Source of the DNA: Candidatus Thorarchaeota archaeon
GTDB taxonomy: Archaea; Asgardarchaeota; Thorarchaeia; Thorarchaeales; Thorarchaeaceae
Assembly (NCBI GenBank): GCA_038893995.1
Contig: JAWAQK010000016.1
Span: forward strand, 231 to 32,230
Reading direction: 5' to 3'
Length of the DNA: 32,000 bases
Shown: piece by piece, positions 27,729 through 32,000 of the stretch
Position numbering within the stretch: position 1 is the stretch's first letter
Layout: each line of letters starts with the position of its first letter
Notes under the pieces: model-generated
What the model was told of the DNA's origin: nothing
The model's input: the letters and a program-made list of their open reading frames with translations, nothing else
Database searches by the model: none
Position numbers and translations under genes: made by a program

Positions 27729-29276
27729 CTAGACAGTATCTGCAGTATCCCCAGGGGAGCAGGGTGCACAGGGGAACACGAGCGTTATCACGTTCCATCC
27801 CTGCTCCTCCTGATACGAATACCTCACGTGGGCACCATAGCGCTCAGCCAGTAGCTTCACGACCGAGAGGTCCAAGCCAAGGGCGGTGTTCCAGGAGACC
27901 TCATCTGACGTGAGCGAGGTCTCAATCTCCGATGGGATGCGATAGGCCGCAAAGGCGAGGTTGACGTACACCAGGTCGCCGCTCATTGACACGTCTAGGT
28001 GCACATCAGGATTCTTGTTCGAGGAGTAGCGGGCAGCAAACACCATGAAACTGACAAACATCAGCTCGAGTAGGTCGTCAGCCAGCACCATCGGCCTACG
28101 ACATGTCCTGTCGTCCAGTACTATTCTCACCGAGTCATACGTCGTCCCCTTGGCAGATTCGATCGCTGCAGCCAGCGTCGAGATGAGGCCAACTGGCCTG
28201 AGAACATCGCCTGGTGACTGTTTCACCCGGCCCAAGATCTCGACCTGACGATTGACGAGTGCAGACTTCTCGACTAACATGCGAGCGCTCTCCAACATGG
28301 TCTCGTCTGCCCCGCCTCGCTCTGAGAGAAGCTCAAGGTAGACGACCAGTCCCTGAAGCAGGTTCCCGACCTCATGCGCCCACATTCTGAGATAGAAGTC
28401 TGACTCCTGTCTTGATCTCGTTAGCTCTCTCGTGCGTTCCTGAATGATCTCTTCGAGTGTAGTTCTCGTCTCGAAGACTGCCCTAACGACGACTGCAAGG
28501 GCCAGGATGGCAAGCCCAAACAATAGGGACGAGATCCAGAGAAGTCCCCCATACTCGTACTTGGCCTGCTGGTTGCTAAAGATCATCATTCCCACAAGCC
28601 AGAAACTCAACATCATCGCTGCAGCCAGATCAGTGGAGCGATGAACCCAGACCCATCTGACCGAGAAGATCACCAGGGTCGACACGGTCATCCAGAGGAT
28701 GTAGGCAAGCATCACTGAACCGAGAGGGGTGACATCGTTGGTACCCGGCACGACTACGAGAAACGGTAGCACGGGACTGACGAACACCGCAATCATCAAC
28801 ATTGGAGCGACCAGGCAGCCTGTGACTGCGGCGACCAACCTGAGTATCTTTATCCAGCGCCTCTGACCGCGTAGCGACACAGCGAATAACCCTGTCACAG
28901 TCGACAGTCCCATCAACCAGACCACGACCCGGAATCTGTCGCGGCTGGCCAAAGGCGATAGACCCTCGAAGGCATAGTGTGTGAGAAAGAAGACAAACGT
29001 CATCACGACTATGTTTGCGGCCACAAGAGAGAGAATCAGGTCCTCTGGACTCCTGAGCTGTACGTAGGAGATCAATGCATGAGCGAACACGATCCCGGCA
29101 GACACGGCCAGCATCAAGACGAGTATGAACATCCAAAGTGTGAACGCTGGAGACGGCAGGACAGCTCCTCCTGGTCGACCAGCATCAGTCGTCAGGACAT
29201 ACAGACCCAGTATAAGGGCGAGACCAGCCACGTAGGATACCGTCAGAGGGTAGACATTCCTTCGCGGGTCTGCCAT
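27729..29276 (-). CDS. Membrane sensor histidine-kinase-like protein
   Basis: About seven or eight hydrophobic segments, ERTRELTRSRQESDFYLRMWAHEVGNLLQGLVVYLELL (H-box-like), then a degenerate HATPase-like region ending NTALGLDLSVVKLLAERYGAHV. Confidence 0.8.
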   Translation of the reverse strand: MADPRRNVYPLTVSYVAGLALILGLYVLTTDAGRPGGAVLPSPAFTLWMFILVLMLAVSAGIVFAHALISYVQLRSPEDLILSLVAANIVVMTFVFFLTHYAFEGLSPLASRDRFRVVVWLMGLSTVTGLFAVSLRGQRRWIKILRLVAAVTGCLVAPMLMIAVFVSPVLPFLVVVPGTNDVTPLGSVMLAYILWMTVSTLVIFSVRWVWVHRSTDLAAAMMLSFWLVGMMIFSNQQAKYEYGGLLWISSLLFGLAILALAVVVRAVFETRTTLEEIIQERTRELTRSRQESDFYLRMWAHEVGNLLQGLVVYLELLSERGGADETMLESARMLVEKSALVNRQVEILGRVKQSPGDVLRPVGLISTLAAAIESAKGTTYDSVRIVLDDRTCRRPMVLADDLLELMFVSFMVFAARYSSNKNPDVHLDVSMSGDLVYVNLAFAAYRIPSEIETSLTSDEVSWNTALGLDLSVVKLLAERYGAHVRYSYQEEQGWNVITLVFPCAPCSPGDTADTV

Positions 29277-29524
29277 CAGGGGTGTCTCGCTCCCACCTTC
29301 TTGTAGCAGGCCAAGATGTATCGCCGACCCTTATGAAGGATGTTTGTGGGTCCCTTCACGAGCAGTCGCGTGATAGTCTGCTGATCCGCAACTATGGACA
29401 ACTCAATGGCAACTTGGACGGAGTGCTGTCCTTCGGTGGTCGAATACCTTTTATGAGTGTCTTTCGCCGATAACTACCCCCAGTAGTCGGGTGGACGCAT
29501 ATCACAGGCTGGAGAACTTGCACA

Positions 29525-29944
29525 ATGGTCAAAGAAAGGTCCGCCAATGAGATGATGGACTTCGCCTCAAGATGGCTCGAAGCATGGACGGGAAACCAAC
29601 CTGAGAAGCTGCTTGAGTTCTACACGGATGACGCCATATATGCAGACCCAGCCCACCGAGATGGCCTTCGCGGAAAGGATGAGATCAGAGAGTACTTCGT
29701 GAAACTACTAGCGGTATACCATGACTGGGTCTGGAAGCCAATTGAGGTGTTTCCGACACCCAGAGGTATGGTTGTCAAGTGGAAATGCTGGATAAACGTC
29801 GGAGGCGAGACAATCGAGGAGGTCGGGGTGGACATAGTCGAACTGCGCGAGGGAAGAATATCGAGGAACGAGGTCTATTTCGACCGAACGAGGCTAGTCG
29901 AGCTGGTCGAGAGGAGTAGGAGGGCCTACAGACTGAAGAACTGA
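29525..29944 (+). CDS. SnoaL-like/NTF2-superfamily protein
   Basis: FASRWLEAWTGNQPEKLLEFYTDDAIYADPAHRDGLRGKDEIREYFVKLLAVYHDWVW, a typical SnoaL-like opening. Confidence 0.8.
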   Translation: MVKERSANEMMDFASRWLEAWTGNQPEKLLEFYTDDAIYADPAHRDGLRGKDEIREYFVKLLAVYHDWVWKPIEVFPTPRGMVVKWKCWINVGGETIEEVGVDIVELREGRISRNEVYFDRTRLVELVERSRRAYRLKN

Positions 29945-29960
29945 GCTGTGTGCGGACCTG

Positions 29961-30695
29961 TCAAAGCTCGTTGAGCCAACCTGCGACTGCACTGTTGAAC
30001 TCGCGATGTCGTTCAAGCATGACCATGTGGCCTGCATCTGATATCACGGCGAGCTTGCTGTCACGTATCCTGTCCCTGAGAAATGTCGAGTACTTCACCG
30101 GAGTCATCACGTCCTTGTCGCCCACGACTATCAGGGTCGGTACGACTATCTCCTGGACACGATCCATTATGTCAAACCGATTGCAGACCTCAAAGTCCCT
30201 CTTGACAACTGACGACGGACACTTGCGCATCTCGGCGATCGATGCCTCTACCATCTCTGTGTCCGCACCCTCCGCGAAGACGTAGCTTGCCATGCTTGTC
30301 ACGTACGAATCGAAGTCGCGGTCCAGCAGATCGAATATGAGGGGGTTGACTCTTAGTCTGGCGCCTGTCCCAACTAGGATAAGTCCGCCGATCTTCCGCG
30401 GATATGACAGCGCGTACAACTGAGCGATGGCACCGCCCATTGAATGGCCTACAAGAACAGGTCTATCGAACTCGCCAACGACCTTGTCAACATCATCAAT
30501 GTACGACTGTGTCACATCCGGCTCGTTCCTGTCTGGTGTTGACCCGTGACCGTTCAGGTCAATTGCAACCACGTGTGCAGCCTGTCTCAGACCTCGGAGC
30601 TGCATGAACCAGGTCGCAGATGACCCGCCCGCACCATGGACTAATACCACCGGTCTCAGACTCGTGCTGCCGGCACGCTCAGTGTGTACGAACAT
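29961..30695 (-). CDS. Alpha/beta hydrolase
   Basis: VVLVHGAGGSSATW, GHSMGG nucleophile elbow, VVGDKDVMTP, DAGHMVMLERH. Confidence 0.9.
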   Translation of the reverse strand: MFVHTERAGSTSLRPVVLVHGAGGSSATWFMQLRGLRQAAHVVAIDLNGHGSTPDRNEPDVTQSYIDDVDKVVGEFDRPVLVGHSMGGAIAQLYALSYPRKIGGLILVGTGARLRVNPLIFDLLDRDFDSYVTSMASYVFAEGADTEMVEASIAEMRKCPSSVVKRDFEVCNRFDIMDRVQEIVVPTLIVVGDKDVMTPVKYSTFLRDRIRDSKLAVISDAGHMVMLERHREFNSAVAGWLNEL

Positions 30696-30781
30696 GACGA
30701 TGAAGGGCCCCCAACCGGGGACTTAGCCTTTTCTACTTGAACGTTTCCAACAGGGATACACGATACTGAATCCCCCCAGAT

Positions 30782-30791
30782 ATGCTTAAAT
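30782..30791 (+). promoter_or_regulatory. Candidate TATA box
   Basis: ATGCTTAAAT, centred about 40 nt upstream of ATG 30827 in a divergent intergenic region. Confidence 0.4.
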
Positions 30792-30826
30792 CGCATTCCC
30801 CACGATGCGGTCTGAGGTTCTGCGCA

Positions 30827-31264
30827 ATGTTCCACAATAGGACCTCATTCCTGCTATGTGTCACCGGAGGTGCCCTGATGGTGCTGTCTGGAATCGCAGG
30901 CTCGCTCTGGTGGCTAACAGAGTTCGTGGACGACCTGGGGATGATGTTCGGACCTCATTTTCGAGTCACCGCATCGATCTTGATGGGCATACTAGGGGGC
31001 CTCATGGTCATGGCGGGGATCATGATAGTAGTATCAGGCGGCCTTCTGACTACACCGAGAGTCTTACTCGGTAGGAAGCTACTCTTGGTGTCTGTGATTA
31101 CGGGTGTTATGGGACTCGCAGCCAGCCTGGTCCAGTCAGTGCTGTCCAACAACATCGTGATCGACATCTCCGTCCAGATACCACAGTCAGTTGGTTGGGT
31201 GGGAGCCATTCTTTCAGTAATTGCACTGAACATAGCGGACCAGGGGCCTCTAGTGGCACATTAG
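30827..31264 (+). CDS. Small integral membrane protein (about 4 TM)
   Basis: MFHNRTSFLLCVTGGALMVLSGIAGSLWW and further hydrophobic segments. The track start at 30782 overlaps the candidate TATA element. Confidence 0.7.
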   Translation: MFHNRTSFLLCVTGGALMVLSGIAGSLWWLTEFVDDLGMMFGPHFRVTASILMGILGGLMVMAGIMIVVSGGLLTTPRVLLGRKLLLVSVITGVMGLAASLVQSVLSNNIVIDISVQIPQSVGWVGAILSVIALNIADQGPLVAH

Positions 31265-31322
31265 AGTCAGAGAGCCCAGTCGGGCAGTTCGATAGTCGCA
31301 GGCGAGTAGCGACAACATCTGG

Positions 31323-31952
31323 TCATGTAGTACCCCAGACTGTCAGTCCAAGCTTCGGTACCGCGTTCCCAAGAGCTGCGGCCAGCAATATCGTGCGTGA
31401 GCGGAACTCATCGGCCGAGGCGGTCATCCCAAGCTTGTGGTCTCTCACATGCAGGCCGTGCCGCATTGCGATCTCCTCCAGGTTGGATGCCTCGATTGGC
31501 GATACGGAAACCTGGAAGCAGAGACCATCCTCCCTGCCCCTGTTGGAAAACTTACACAGGATGTCCAGTTGGACGTGATCGGGAAGGACCGTTCTGAAAC
31601 GCCCACCAAACCTTCGGAAGACCACTGCGTGAAACCCGAACGCGAAGTTCAGTACCTCAAGGATGTAGTTCGCCAGCGGATATGGAAGAGAGCAGCGCAA
31701 CCATGCGAACAAGACGAGGGCCACCACTACAGTGGTGACCACGAAGAGTAGGGTAGCAGATCCATAGAACACTGTATTGCCCAGGACCCAACCCTCGCCG
31801 GCCCACATTGGCGGGGCGACTGACAAGAGGTCTTGTACCAGTGGGCTGAAAGACAAATACGCTGCCACCGCGGATATGGCCACGAGAGACGACACGACTA
31901 TCTTGACTCGCTCTCGGTAGAGCGCAAGGGAGATCTCTAGCCTCTCGTCCAT
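31323..31952 (-). CDS. Small membrane protein with two N-terminal TM segments and a cytoplasmic C-terminal region
   Basis: Complete ORF with ATG 31952, hydrophobic segments VVSSLVAISAVAAYLSF and GSATLLFVVTTVVVALVLFAWL. Confidence 0.65.
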   Translation of the reverse strand: MDERLEISLALYRERVKIVVSSLVAISAVAAYLSFSPLVQDLLSVAPPMWAGEGWVLGNTVFYGSATLLFVVTTVVVALVLFAWLRCSLPYPLANYILEVLNFAFGFHAVVFRRFGGRFRTVLPDHVQLDILCKFSNRGREDGLCFQVSVSPIEASNLEEIAMRHGLHVRDHKLGMTASADEFRSRTILLAAALGNAVPKLGLTVWGTT

Positions 31953-31955
31953 TGT

Positions 31956-32000
31956 CTAATCACCAACTGCAGTCTCGTAGATCCTCCTCTGCGTCTCACC
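31956..32000 (-). CDS. C-terminal tail of an upstream gene (partial, cut by the window edge)
   Basis: Minus-strand frame reads GETQRRIYETAVGD followed by TAG, a few nt upstream of ATG 31952. Confidence 0.4.
   Translation of the reverse strand, partial: GETQRRIYETAVGD

Noticed and set aside
1-32000. Search for a defence island, prophage, integrase, transposase, tRNA or rRNA
   Set aside because: None of the translated ORFs shows integrase, transposase, Cas, nuclease-effector or phage structural signatures, and no rRNA/tRNA-like segment was recognised by eye. A tRNAscan-SE, Infernal and DefenseFinder run would be needed to confirm this.

Overview
This is a gene-dense window of about 54% GC (estimated by eye) that looks archaeal. 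The evidence is TATA-box-like elements at archaeal spacing, a cofD/cofC pair for coenzyme F420 synthesis, and large secreted or anchored surface proteins. The composition resembles Asgard/Thorarchaeota-type genomes, but that placement is inference only. Supported content: a start-proximal piece of a secreted beta-propeller-like protein; a 2168-aa surface protein with a helical head, a Ca-binding TSP3-like stalk and a C-terminal TM; an FGGY carbohydrate kinase; a phosphoribosyltransferase; an M20 peptidase; a TPR protein; two alpha/beta hydrolases; two membrane histidine-kinase-like proteins; a nitroreductase-cofD-cofC F420 cluster; a complete BMP-type (nucleoside-family) ABC importer; a C-terminally anchored surface protein; a coiled-coil/zinc-ribbon protein; a SnoaL-like protein; and small membrane proteins. 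I see no rRNA, tRNA, CRISPR array, transposon or recognisable defence system. I cannot support a claim of a wholly new system. The best leads are (a) the nitroreductase next to cofD/cofC, (b) an ABC ATPase whose Walker A region is missing from the supplied ORF track and has no ATG/GTG/TTG start, (c) two histidine-kinase-like proteins that have both lost the N-box asparagines, and (d) the architecture of the giant stalked surface protein.
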